The position numbers were made by a program, and so were the translations under genes. A stretch of DNA of 64,000 nucleotides from an uncultured Bacilli bacterium (GTDB lineage Bacteria > Bacillota_I > Bacilli_A > RF39 > UBA660), in contig CAKOLL010000005.1 in NCBI GenBank assembly GCA_934096295.1, positions 16,761 to 80,760 on the forward strand, read 5' to 3'. Within the stretch, counting starts at the first letter, position 1; every line of letters starts with the position of its first letter. This document shows, one piece after another, positions 18,609-28,238 of the stretch. The notes under the pieces are model-generated. The model searched no databases, was not told the DNA's origin, and was given only the letters and a program-made list of their open reading frames with translations.

Positions 18609-21173
18609 TTAACTTAATTTATAACAATAACTATTGTTAAGTTTTGTATATCCACCTGAGCAATAATAAACTGTTTCGTATCCCGTATCATAACATGTTT
18701 TAGACACATAAGAACTACCTGAACAATCAGTACCTGAAGTATCTAAATAAGGGAAGTCCGAGGTACAACTTGAAGAATTTTTCCATTTCCAACATGTATC
18801 ATAAGCACCTTCTGTTGCGGCTCCACTACATTTACCATTCTTTTTTTCAGTTGATGTCATATACCTATAGCATACATATCTACAAGATTCTTCATAACTA
18901 CCACAATCATATGAATACGAATAAGGTTCCTCATATGAACTTGTATATTCTATTGAAGCACTACAACGACCAGTATTTCCAGCCGCATCCACAACATGAC
19001 CATAAAATGTTCCTGTACTCATAGAAGCAGTTGAACTTCCATAACTAGCAGTTGTCGTCTTGGAAATACCATAACTAGATACATCACTTGATTTATTGCT
19101 AAAAGACACTTGTGAACGAGTTACAGATAATTTACAAGTTGGTGCAGTTTTATCTATTTTCAAAGTTTTTCCAGCTGATGCCTCACCACAATTATTATCA
19201 TTACAAGCTCTTACATATATAGTATTATTAATTTCACTGGTATATATAAAGCTTCCATTATTTTCAGACATTGTAAGTGAAGAAATATTTGTCCAAGCAC
19301 CATTTCCAATTTTATATTGATATTTCGATACTACGTCTTTTGTTGTTCCTGCTGTTATTCCTATATAGATAGATTTATTAGTCCAAGTACCATTATAATC
19401 ATTACCATTTGCATTTTCATATTTTGTAATAATTGTTGGAGCGGAAGGTATTTGTGGAACTATTTTTAATGTTGTCGATGCACTTGCTGTTAATCCATTT
19501 CCTCCAGTTGCTATACAACTAACAGTATAAGTACCTAATGCAAGACCAGAAGTATCTGCTGGGTTACAACTAACACTACCGCCACTTTTTGAATATGTTA
19601 CTGTAAAGAATGATGATGTATCTTGTAATATTTCTATTTGAACATTATTTGAACTATTTTTAGCTTTAATTACTGGACTTATTTTATCTATCCTTAAAGT
19701 TTTTCCAGCTGATGCTTCTCCACAGCCTTTTTCATTACATCCTCTTACATATATGATTCCATCTATTTCTGAACTATAAACAAAGTTTCCTTGATTACCA
19801 TTTAAGCTTAAATTATTAGGTTTAGTCCACGTTTTATTATCTAAACTATATTCATAACGTTCTATTAAATCTACACTTCTTCCAGGTGTTATACTTATAT
19901 AAATAGATTTTGATGTCCAGGTACCATTATAATCAGCACCGTTTGCATTTTCAAGTTTAGTTGTGAGAACAGGTGCAGCTGGAATATCAGGAATTACACT
20001 TAACTTAGTTGAAGCTGTTGCTGTTAATCCATTTCCTCCGACTACAGTACACTCTAATGTATAATCACCAATTGCTAAATTTCCTGTTCTTTTATAATTA
20101 CAAGTTACTGTACCACCACTTTTAGCAGGATATGTAACAGTAAAATATGTAGAAGCAACTTCATTATCAGTACCTACAATTATTTCATTTTCAGCATTTT
20201 TAGCTACAATTGACGGTGCTTCCTTATCAATCTTATCTACTTCTATTGTTTTTTCTACACTAACATTTCCAACTTTATCTTTTACACAAACTTTATATGT
20301 ACCATTTTCATTTACTTTTAAATTCTTATCTCCAGCATAATTTGTACATTCACTATTTACTTTAGCAATTGCATAACCACCAATACCTGACCCCATTCCA
20401 TCACTTGCTAAAACATCAATATTTTTACTTACACTCCAGTTTGTATCCATTTTTAATTCATTTATAACTGGAGATTCTTTATCAATTTGAATGTTTTTTG
20501 TTGCAACTCCATTTGCATCTTTACCATCTGCATCTTTTCTAGAAACCTCACATTTATAATTAATATTTCCAACCAACTCAACATTTGTAGTAACCATATT
20601 TTCATTACTTGTAAATCCTGTATTAGTTGACCAATTATATTCTATATTATCTCCAACTAATAATTCATTATTATATGCTACACCTAAAGTAATATTATCA
20701 TTTATCCAATTACTATTAATACTTACACATTTATTATTAATAACTTTACAAATATCATAAAGTGTAGTTCTATTATATTTATTACATTTTCCTTCGGTTT
20801 GTCCTAAATTACTACTTAATTTAGCAATATATTCTCCATTTTTATATTCCATCTTTAGTATATAACAATTCATACTTGAGTTATCTCTCGGATCATATAT
20901 ATCAGTTTCATCATCAGGTTTTATAAAACCCTCTTCAATTAAATCTTCTACACTTATTGTTGTTACACTAGTTTTATTGGCAAATTCAACAGCTCTGGTT
21001 TCTAAATAAACAACCAAATTATCATATTCTTTTTTTAATACATTCTTTCTTACATTGACAAATATAGCTACAGTAGCAGTAATTACTAAAGATAAAACAA
21101 CAATCACAGCTATTAACTCTGTTAAAGTAAACGCTCTATTATTTAATACTTTAACTTTATTATTAGATTTCAT
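18609..21173 (-). CDS. large pilin-like protein 2 (854 aa) with an internal duplication of a roughly 180-aa Ig-like module
   Basis: NRAFTLTELIAVIVVLSLVITATVAIF prepilin-like N-terminus. The module TC..GGNGLTA.AST.L.V.P..P.AP...TK.ENANG.DYNGTWT.KSIYI.IT...CGEASAGKTL.IDK is present twice. Tail ends ...NNSYCYKLS. Confidence 0.6.
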   Translation of the reverse strand: MKSNNKVKVLNNRAFTLTELIAVIVVLSLVITATVAIFVNVRKNVLKKEYDNLVVYLETRAVEFANKTSVTTISVEDLIEEGFIKPDDETDIYDPRDNSSMNCYILKMEYKNGEYIAKLSSNLGQTEGKCNKYNRTTLYDICKVINNKCVSINSNWINDNITLGVAYNNELLVGDNIEYNWSTNTGFTSNENMVTTNVELVGNINYKCEVSRKDADGKDANGVATKNIQIDKESPVINELKMDTNWSVSKNIDVLASDGMGSGIGGYAIAKVNSECTNYAGDKNLKVNENGTYKVCVKDKVGNVSVEKTIEVDKIDKEAPSIVAKNAENEIIVGTDNEVASTYFTVTYPAKSGGTVTCNYKRTGNLAIGDYTLECTVVGGNGLTATASTKLSVIPDIPAAPVLTTKLENANGADYNGTWTSKSIYISITPGRSVDLIERYEYSLDNKTWTKPNNLSLNGNQGNFVYSSEIDGIIYVRGCNEKGCGEASAGKTLRIDKISPVIKAKNSSNNVQIEILQDTSSFFTVTYSKSGGSVSCNPADTSGLALGTYTVSCIATGGNGLTASASTTLKIVPQIPSAPTIITKYENANGNDYNGTWTNKSIYIGITAGTTKDVVSKYQYKIGNGAWTNISSLTMSENNGSFIYTSEINNTIYVRACNDNNCGEASAGKTLKIDKTAPTCKLSVTRSQVSFSNKSSDVSSYGISKTTTASYGSSTASMSTGTFYGHVVDAAGNTGRCSASIEYTSSYEEPYSYSYDCGSYEESCRYVCYRYMTSTEKKNGKCSGAATEGAYDTCWKWKNSSSCTSDFPYLDTSGTDCSGSSYVSKTCYDTGYETVYYCSGGYTKLNNSYCYKLS

Positions 21174-21251
21174 TTACTATTCACCTATCATAATAATAAT
21201 TTAAAAATAAATTAATGTCAATAAAAAGAAGCGAGTTACCTCGCTAACATT

Positions 21252-23957
21252 TTATTTATAACAATATGAACTTCCAACTCTTGAATATCCAAATGGACAA
21301 CTATAACCACCAACAGCACAAGTTACATTAGTTTTATTTTTCTGATTTGTTTGTGAATTTTTATAGCTTCCCGAACAACTTGAGTACTCTGAACTTGGTG
21401 TACAACTCGCTAATCCCGATTTCGTAGAACTTGATGGACTATACTCATAATAGTAATCTGGAACTGTACTAGATACTGAACAACTAACTTTTGTTTCTTG
21501 ATAATTAGAACTAGTACACTCAAACGGATTATCTATACAACTAGTTTGATTATATTCATTACTTCCAGAGTCAAAAGAATAAGAATAAGTTGGGGTCTTT
21601 ATAACTTTACCTGTTGATTTTTTACACTTACTTTGATTACACCAAGAACAAGTTGACCAACCCGAAGCACAAGTATCAGCAGATCGAGAACATGTATATT
21701 TTGCATCAGATGTTTTGGTTGAAGACCAACCTGATGAACAACTAGTCTGATTTGTTAAAGTACATTTTCCACCGCTTAACGAACCAGATGCACAATAATT
21801 ATATTTACCCAAACAAGCACTAGATACTTGAGACCATGAACAACCACTGGTCCGTGTACATTTTGAATAAGAATTAGAAAATTCTGTACACATTTTTTGT
21901 GTAGGATTTTTAGTACATTTATATCTAGCATACGATGTTCGGGTTGAACTCCACCCACTTGAACATGATGTTTGATTATTTATATAACAACTTCCATTAC
22001 TATATGTTCCTGATGAACAACCATTATAGCTACTACCTGAAGTATAGATATAACAATAATCTCCAGTATTTGGATATGTTCCTGATGAACAACTTATAGA
22101 TGTTCCTGATTCAGTTCTATCACAATAATATGATGTTTTTGTATAATATTTTATCGGATGATTAACATAACTTTCAGAACATGTTGTAGTAGTTTGATTA
22201 TAATATAATGTTCCATTTAATACCTCAGAACTACACATTCCAGTATTTCCTGCTCTATCATAAACATGACCATAAAAGGTTCCAACACTCAAACTTTTAC
22301 TTGAATTTGTATATTCTGGATTAGCACTATTATTAACTCCAGATTTTGAAACATCACTAGATTTAGATCCTATAGAAATTCCACTGGCTGTCACTGATAA
22401 AGAACAAACTGGTGAAGTTGTATCTATTTTTATAACTTTTCCATTTGATGCAGAACTGCACTTATCACCATTACATGCTCTAACATATATTGTGTTTTCA
22501 ACTTCTTTTGTATATATAAAGCTTCCATTTGCACCATCTCTTTTTAGATTATCAGGAGTTTGCCAACTTCCAGTTCCTATTTTAAATTGATATGTTCCTA
22601 CAAAATCATTTTCTTTAGTTGGTGTTATACTAACATATACTGATTTATTAGTCCATGTTCCACTATATAAATCTCCATCAGCATTTTCATATCTTGTTTC
22701 TATTACTGGTGTAGATGGTGTATATGCTAAAACATTTAAATTAGTTGATGCACTCGCAGTTAATCCATTTCCTCCGGTTGCTGTACATGTTAGAACATAA
22801 TCACCCGGAGTTAATCCATTCGTAGTTTCATAATTACACTTTGTTGTTCCACCACTTGTTGAATATTTAACTATAAAATATTCATCTTTAACAACTTTAT
22901 TTATACCCATATAAATTTGATTTTGTTCATTCATGGCTCTAATTTCTGGAGGATTTTTATCAATTGTATCCACCTTTGTTTCAAATTTTTGACTTACATT
23001 TCCAGCTTTATCTATTACACAAACATTATAAGTCCCATTAGAGTCAACTTTAACTTTTTTATTATTTTCAAACTCAGCATCCATACAATCAGTTTTAGAA
23101 TCTACTACAGCATAACCACCTATTCCTGAGCCCATTCCATCATTGGCTATGATTTCTAATTCTTTACTAGTGCTCCAATTAGTATCCATCTTAACTTCAG
23201 TTATAACCGGAGCCTCCATATCTATTTTAATAATTTTGGTAGCAACCCCATTTTTATCATTACCATCTTCATCTTTTCTAAATACTTCACATTTATAATT
23301 AATATTTCCAACTAACTTTACATCAGTTTCAACAGTTTCTTCATTACTTGTAAATCCTGTATTTGTTGACCAATTATATTCAACATCTCCAGTAATTAAG
23401 TTATCATCAAAAGAAACTCCTAAAGTAATGTTTTTGTTTAGCCACTCATCTCCAATAGCTTCACATTTTCCATTAACTATTTTACAAATATTGTATCTTG
23501 TGTTTCTATCATATTTACTACATTTTCCATCTGCATCTTTCAAATTTTCACTTAACTTTGCAATATATTCTCCATCCTTATATTCTAATTTTATCAAATA
23601 ACAATTCATACTTGAATTATCTCTCGGGTCATATATATCTGACTCATCATCTGGCTTTATATATCCTTCTTTTATTAAGTCTTCTACGCTTATCGTAGTT
23701 ACTCCAGTTTTATTGGCAAATTCAACTGCTCTAGTTTCTAAGTAAACCACAAGATTATTATATTCTTTTTCCAATACATTTTTCTTTATATTTATAAATA
23801 CTGCTACAGTAGCTGTTATTAACAATGACAAAACAACTATAACAGCTATTAACTCTGTTAATGTAAAAGCTCTATTATTTAATTTTCTTTTTTTATTTTT
23901 AGACTTTATCATAATATCACCTATCATAATAATATTAAAAATTTCGTAACTAGTCAA
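21252..23957 (-). CDS. large pilin-like protein 3 (901 aa as listed; probable true start at 23912, MIKSKNKK..., preceded by AGGTGA)
   Basis: NRAFTLTELIAVIVVLSLLITATVAVF N-terminus. The first 330 aa or so are highly similar to protein 2. It has a very long S/T/C/Y-rich tail ending SCPFGYSRVGSSYCYK. Confidence 0.6.
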   Translation of the reverse strand: MTSYEIFNIIMIGDIMIKSKNKKRKLNNRAFTLTELIAVIVVLSLLITATVAVFINIKKNVLEKEYNNLVVYLETRAVEFANKTGVTTISVEDLIKEGYIKPDDESDIYDPRDNSSMNCYLIKLEYKDGEYIAKLSENLKDADGKCSKYDRNTRYNICKIVNGKCEAIGDEWLNKNITLGVSFDDNLITGDVEYNWSTNTGFTSNEETVETDVKLVGNINYKCEVFRKDEDGNDKNGVATKIIKIDMEAPVITEVKMDTNWSTSKELEIIANDGMGSGIGGYAVVDSKTDCMDAEFENNKKVKVDSNGTYNVCVIDKAGNVSQKFETKVDTIDKNPPEIRAMNEQNQIYMGINKVVKDEYFIVKYSTSGGTTKCNYETTNGLTPGDYVLTCTATGGNGLTASASTNLNVLAYTPSTPVIETRYENADGDLYSGTWTNKSVYVSITPTKENDFVGTYQFKIGTGSWQTPDNLKRDGANGSFIYTKEVENTIYVRACNGDKCSSASNGKVIKIDTTSPVCSLSVTASGISIGSKSSDVSKSGVNNSANPEYTNSSKSLSVGTFYGHVYDRAGNTGMCSSEVLNGTLYYNQTTTTCSESYVNHPIKYYTKTSYYCDRTESGTSISCSSGTYPNTGDYCYIYTSGSSYNGCSSGTYSNGSCYINNQTSCSSGWSSTRTSYARYKCTKNPTQKMCTEFSNSYSKCTRTSGCSWSQVSSACLGKYNYCASGSLSGGKCTLTNQTSCSSGWSSTKTSDAKYTCSRSADTCASGWSTCSWCNQSKCKKSTGKVIKTPTYSYSFDSGSNEYNQTSCIDNPFECTSSNYQETKVSCSVSSTVPDYYYEYSPSSSTKSGLASCTPSSEYSSCSGSYKNSQTNQKNKTNVTCAVGGYSCPFGYSRVGSSYCYK

Positions 23958-23985
23958 TAAAATTTATCATTAATGTAAAAGAAAA

Positions 23986-24004
23986 ACCACGGTTTTTCCG
24001 TGGT
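23986..24004 (-). terminator. rho-independent terminator of rplM-rpsI
   Basis: ACCACGGAAAAACCGTGGT hairpin followed by a T-run on the minus strand, directly after the rpsI stop. Confidence 0.6.
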
Positions 24005-24018
24005 AATAAAAATATCTA

Positions 24019-24438
24019 CTAACGTTTACTAAATTGTGGTGCTCTTCTTGCTTTCTTAAGACCATATTTCTTACGTTCTTTAACTCTTGGATCTCTAGTA
24101 ATAAATCCAGCATTTTTAAGAATATGTCTATAGCTATCTTCTCTTGTTTGATCAGTATTAGCATCAAATGCTAAAAGTGCTCTAGTAATACCTAAACGAA
24201 TTGCTCCAGTTTGTCCAGAAAATCCGCCACCTTTAACATTAATATCAATATCAAATCTGTTTTCATTTCCAGTAGCAACTAAAGGTTGTTTTAAATCCAT
24301 TACTAATGTTGCATAAGGCATATAATCATTAACATCAACACCATTAACAGTAATATTACCAGTACCTCCAACAAGTCTAACTCTTGCTACACTTCTTTTT
24401 CTTCTACCAGTTGCTGTCCATTCTTGTTTCTTAGCCAT
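24019..24438 (-). CDS. rpsI: 30S ribosomal protein S9
   Basis: C-terminal ...[14 protein letters not shown]. Has the conserved position after rplM. Confidence 0.95.
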   Translation of the reverse strand: MAKKQEWTATGRRKRSVARVRLVGGTGNITVNGVDVNDYMPYATLVMDLKQPLVATGNENRFDIDINVKGGGFSGQTGAIRLGITRALLAFDANTDQTREDSYRHILKNAGFITRDPRVKERKKYGLKKARRAPQFSKR

Positions 24439-24446
24439 AATTCCTC

Positions 24447-24896
24447 CTAATTAATTTCTAAAGCCTTAGGCTTTTGAGCTTCATGCTTATGATTTGCATC
24501 ACGATAAACAAATAATTTTTTACCCATAGCTCTTCCAAGTCTGTTGTGAGGAAGCATTCCTTTAACAGCTCTTTCAACCATTTCTTCTGGATATTTTTCA
24601 ATCATTTCTTTAGCACTACGTTCTCTTAATCCGCCTGGGAATCCACTATGATTATAATATTTCTTATCTTCTAGTTTGTTTCCAGTTAAAACTACTTTGT
24701 CAGCATTTACAATAATTACATAATCTCCGCAATCAACATATGGAGTATAAGTAACTTTGTGTTTTCCACGTAATACATGAGCAGCTTTAGTTGCAACACG
24801 ACCTAAAGTTTTACCTTCAGCATCAATTACATACCAATTTCTTTCGATATTTTCTTTTTTTTGCATAAATGTTTTCATAAAACTAATTCCTTTCAC
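24447..24896 (-). CDS. rplM: 50S ribosomal protein L13
   Basis: [17 protein letters not shown]... L13 signature; forms the rplM-rpsI operon. Confidence 0.95.
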   Translation of the reverse strand: MKGISFMKTFMQKKENIERNWYVIDAEGKTLGRVATKAAHVLRGKHKVTYTPYVDCGDYVIIVNADKVVLTGNKLEDKKYYNHSGFPGGLRERSAKEMIEKYPEEMVERAVKGMLPHNRLGRAMGKKLFVYRDANHKHEAQKPKALEIN

Positions 24897-25026
24897 TATG
24901 TTCCTTGTTTAATTTTCCCACGACTAAACAAATCACATAAATAAAATGTACCGATTAAAATTATATGAAAAAAATAGCCAAAAGTCAAACCTTTTTAGCT
25001 ATTTTCTTGAAATTTTACTTATTTTT

Positions 25027-25547
25027 TTACATTTTTCTTCTTTTTAAAGAAAAATCATCACTACATATTAACTCATCATCATCTATTTTGCAACTTTTAG
25101 CATAATATATAAGATTTATTAATTCTTGAAATATAGCTTTTTTACCAGCAAATGATTTATACCAAGAATCAATATCTGTAATTCCATCTTTTGCACCAAA
25201 ATACTGAACTATTGAATCATTATCTAATAAACTTAAATAATGCATTAATAACATTGTACATCTTCTTGTATGAAAATCAGATGTTACTACTGTAAATGTT
25301 GTATTTTTAGAATCTTTTAACATTTTCAATGTATTAGTAACGTTTTCTACAGTATTTCTTGATTGGTCTTCTAATAAAACATCTTTAATACTTCATCTAC
25401 TCTTTTGTACATTGAAACGCCAACAAAGACTAAACCAATATTTCTTTGAACAATAGTTTCGGGTTGTTTTGCAAAAATTATTTTTTCTTTAGTATCTTTA
25501 TCAAATCTAATTGCTTCTAGATACTTTGTTTCAGTTAGTTTTTCCAT
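25027..25547 (-). pseudogene. frameshifted DUF218 (YdcF/SanA/ElyC-like) gene
   Basis: One frame reads MEKLTETKYLEAIRF...VDEVLKMFY then stops. A different frame continues ...DVLLEDQSRNTVENV...TFTVVTSDFHTRRC. The S-x-x-ENx and VTSxFHxxR motifs are DUF218 hallmarks. An intact RBS (GAGGAG) sits at the first ATG, and the only long ORF (25027..25329) covers just the C-terminal third. Confidence 0.45.
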
Positions 25548-25565
25548 AATCTCCTCATTATAATA

Positions 25566-26150
25566 TTATTGTTTTCTAGTTCTTTGAAACTCAAATAATT
25601 CTTGTTTTTCTTCAACCTGATTTATCCTTGCATTAATTTCTTTCATTTCATAAAATTTTTCAACAAATCCTAGGAAACCATACGCTCCGGTTAAAGTTAA
25701 CAAATTTGGTACCAAATCCACATTTAAATATGATAAATAACATGCCGATATAATTGACATAACTCCTATAGCACAATTAACAATAAATCTACTATTATTT
25801 TCTTTGTTCAACTTGGACAATTCTTGCTTTTTATTTTCAAGAATTCTTATAAATTCACTTTCTGCTACCTCATCCAATTTCAATTCAGTTTCTAGCCTAT
25901 CAATTTCCATTAAGCCTCGATGCTTACTGATAATTGTTCTTATAAAACATGCTACTCCTGTGATTGGCAATATCGAAAAAAGTGGATGCATATTAGTCTT
26001 AGCTGATTCATTTAAAATTACTGCTAAATAGCATATACTCTTATATGTAGCTTCATCCCAAAAACCAGGCAAATTATCTTTTAATTCTTCTATTTTTTTA
26101 ATCCTATATTCTTTTGGTGTTTTAACATTATTCATATTTTCCATTTTCAT
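25566..26150 (-). CDS. hypothetical membrane/coiled-coil protein (194 aa)
   Basis: TM segments plus a coiled-coil; I recognise no family. Confidence 0.35.
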   Translation of the reverse strand: MKMENMNNVKTPKEYRIKKIEELKDNLPGFWDEATYKSICYLAVILNESAKTNMHPLFSILPITGVACFIRTIISKHRGLMEIDRLETELKLDEVAESEFIRILENKKQELSKLNKENNSRFIVNCAIGVMSIISACYLSYLNVDLVPNLLTLTGAYGFLGFVEKFYEMKEINARINQVEEKQELFEFQRTRKQ

Positions 26151-26169
26151 TTCCCCCTAAACTATTTAA

Positions 26170-26463
26170 TTACATATCTTTAATAATCCCTGCAACCTTT
26201 TTTAATGCTTGTAATTTTACTTTTTCCAATTTTATTTCATCAAGAACTTCTCTTAAAACCAGTTCTCCATCTCTAGTAAAATTCTCAAGAAGTTTAAAAT
26301 TACTTGGATTATCTACTTCAACTAATGAAACGTAATCTGTATTATCAACATTAATTACATCTAAAACTATATATCTTTTATCGTCATCCAAAGTAACAAT
26401 ATTAGATATATCTAATCTTTTTGCATCCATAATCTCCCCCCATTTGTTAAAATAATTATACAC
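26170..26463 (-). CDS. small acidic hypothetical protein (97 aa), possibly DUF1292-like
   Basis: Size and acidic composition only. Confidence 0.3.
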   Translation of the reverse strand: MYNYFNKWGEIMDAKRLDISNIVTLDDDKRYIVLDVINVDNTDYVSLVEVDNPSNFKLLENFTRDGELVLREVLDEIKLEKVKLQALKKVAGIIKDM

Positions 26464-26494
26464 TAATTTATACTTTTTGTCAAATCAGTGGCTT

Positions 26495-27211
26495 TTAATA
26501 CTCAATTTTTTCTAAATATAACCCTTCCGTTGGAACAACACTTAAAGTTTTATTAATATCTTTATCTAGCATATTTTCTATAACATGAATATCTACTTTA
26601 CCTTTACCAACATCAAGTAAAGCTCCCACTAAATGCCTAACCATATATCTATAAAAACCTATTCCCACAAACTTAAATGTTAAAATATCACCATATTTTT
26701 TAATTTTTATCTTATAAATTGTAGATGTATAATCATCTCTATAACCACTAACAAAATTATGATAATCATGAGTACCCACTAATAACTTACTTGCTTTTTT
26801 CATACTTCTAATATCAAAATCATATTTTATTTGATAATAATAACCATTATACTTACTTTTATATTTACCAGTATTTATTTTATAAACATAAGTCTTCTTC
26901 TTAACATCATATCTAGCATGAAATTCACTATTAACAATCATACACTTATTAATTACTATTTCTTCTTTTAATAACTCATTTATTTTATCAATATCTTTAT
27001 GACCAATAATTTTATCTGTATCAAAATGAGCACATTGCATTTTAGCATGTACCCCAGCATCAGTTCTGCCACTTCCCTTTATAGTAATTGATTCATCTAA
27101 CACTTTACTTAAAACTACTTCTAATGTTCCTTGCACATTTTTAACATCATTTTGTCTTTGAAAGCCATGAAATTTTGTTCCATCATAACTAAACTTAATT
27201 AAATATCTCAT
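26495..27211 (-). CDS. truA: tRNA pseudouridine(38-40) synthase TruA
   Basis: GSGRTDAGVHA catalytic motif. Occupies the conserved position upstream of rplM. Confidence 0.9.
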   Translation of the reverse strand: MRYLIKFSYDGTKFHGFQRQNDVKNVQGTLEVVLSKVLDESITIKGSGRTDAGVHAKMQCAHFDTDKIIGHKDIDKINELLKEEIVINKCMIVNSEFHARYDVKKKTYVYKINTGKYKSKYNGYYYQIKYDFDIRSMKKASKLLVGTHDYHNFVSGYRDDYTSTIYKIKIKKYGDILTFKFVGIGFYRYMVRHLVGALLDVGKGKVDIHVIENMLDKDINKTLSVVPTEGLYLEKIEY

Positions 27212-27759
27212 GATTTAATCCTATAAATAGCTTTCAATAAATCATCTAATTCATTATAATGATTTATATTAACACCATAATCTAATGTTTTATTAGTAAA
27301 TTCCACTATCTTTGGTACTTCAATATATTCCTCTAAATCTTTATCATATATATCACTTACTTCAAGAACTATTTTTTTATTGTTAATAACATACATCTTA
27401 TCAACACAATTTATAAACATATTACTATTTCTATCTACTAAAACTATCTTTCTTCCATAACTAATTATCTTTTTAAACAATTTCTTAAAAAACTCTATAT
27501 CTTTATTAGTTAAACCTCTACTAAAGTTAATTAACATAATTTCTTTATCTTGTAACTTACTAGCAAGTATTATTTTATTTTTATCTCTCAAAGATAACTC
27601 ACTTATATCTTTATCTAAATATGTATCATCTAAACCAACCATTTTTAAAGCATCACTACTCTTTTTTACTACTATATCTCTTACTTTACCAATAACATTA
27701 TCTTCTTTAAAATCATTACTTACAACACCTATAATATTACCATTTAATTTTAATTCCAT
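27208..27759 (-). CDS. hypothetical protein; possible degenerate ABC-ATPase C-terminal half (no Walker A)
   Basis: LSLRDKNKIILASKL and IMLINFSRGL resemble a degraded ABC signature and Walker B. It sits where ecfA normally lies upstream of truA. Confidence 0.3.
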   Translation of the reverse strand: MELKLNGNIIGVVSNDFKEDNVIGKVRDIVVKKSSDALKMVGLDDTYLDKDISELSLRDKNKIILASKLQDKEIMLINFSRGLTNKDIEFFKKLFKKIISYGRKIVLVDRNSNMFINCVDKMYVINNKKIVLEVSDIYDKDLEEYIEVPKIVEFTNKTLDYGVNINHYNELDDLLKAIYRIKS

Positions 27760-28238
27760 AATGCCTCCGTTAGTTTATCCATATCATAATAAACTGTATC
27801 AAATATATCATAATAATTAAGTTGTATTGATAAATCCACTACAAAAGGTACTCCATATCCTAATCTTTTTAATAGTTTTTCATTTCTTAAAACCATCTCT
27901 TTATTACCTTCTAATATTTTCTTATCATCATCATAAACTATTACATAATCACTATATATAACATCTTCTACATTACTAGTTATATTAACAAAACTTACAT
28001 TTCTTCTTTTTAATATTTCTAATAATTCACTCTTTTCTTCCTTACTTAAATAATACCATATTTCATTAAACACAATTCTCTTACTTAAAAACACCTCAAC
28101 CTGACTCTTAATTGCATCAAAACCATCCATAGTATCCAAAACCTTGTAACTTTCGAAGTTCTCAAAAAAAGCCTTATTTGCATTATTAACGAGTATTGTA
28201 TAATTAACACCTTCACTAAATTCCATATAAAATAACAC
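27750..28238 (-). CDS. hypothetical protein (162 aa)
   Basis: Overlaps its neighbours and has a coding-like composition; I recognise no family. Confidence 0.3.
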   Translation of the reverse strand: MLFYMEFSEGVNYTILVNNANKAFFENFESYKVLDTMDGFDAIKSQVEVFLSKRIVFNEIWYYLSKEEKSELLEILKRRNVSFVNITSNVEDVIYSDYVIVYDDDKKILEGNKEMVLRNEKLLKRLGYGVPFVVDLSIQLNYYDIFDTVYYDMDKLTEALWN

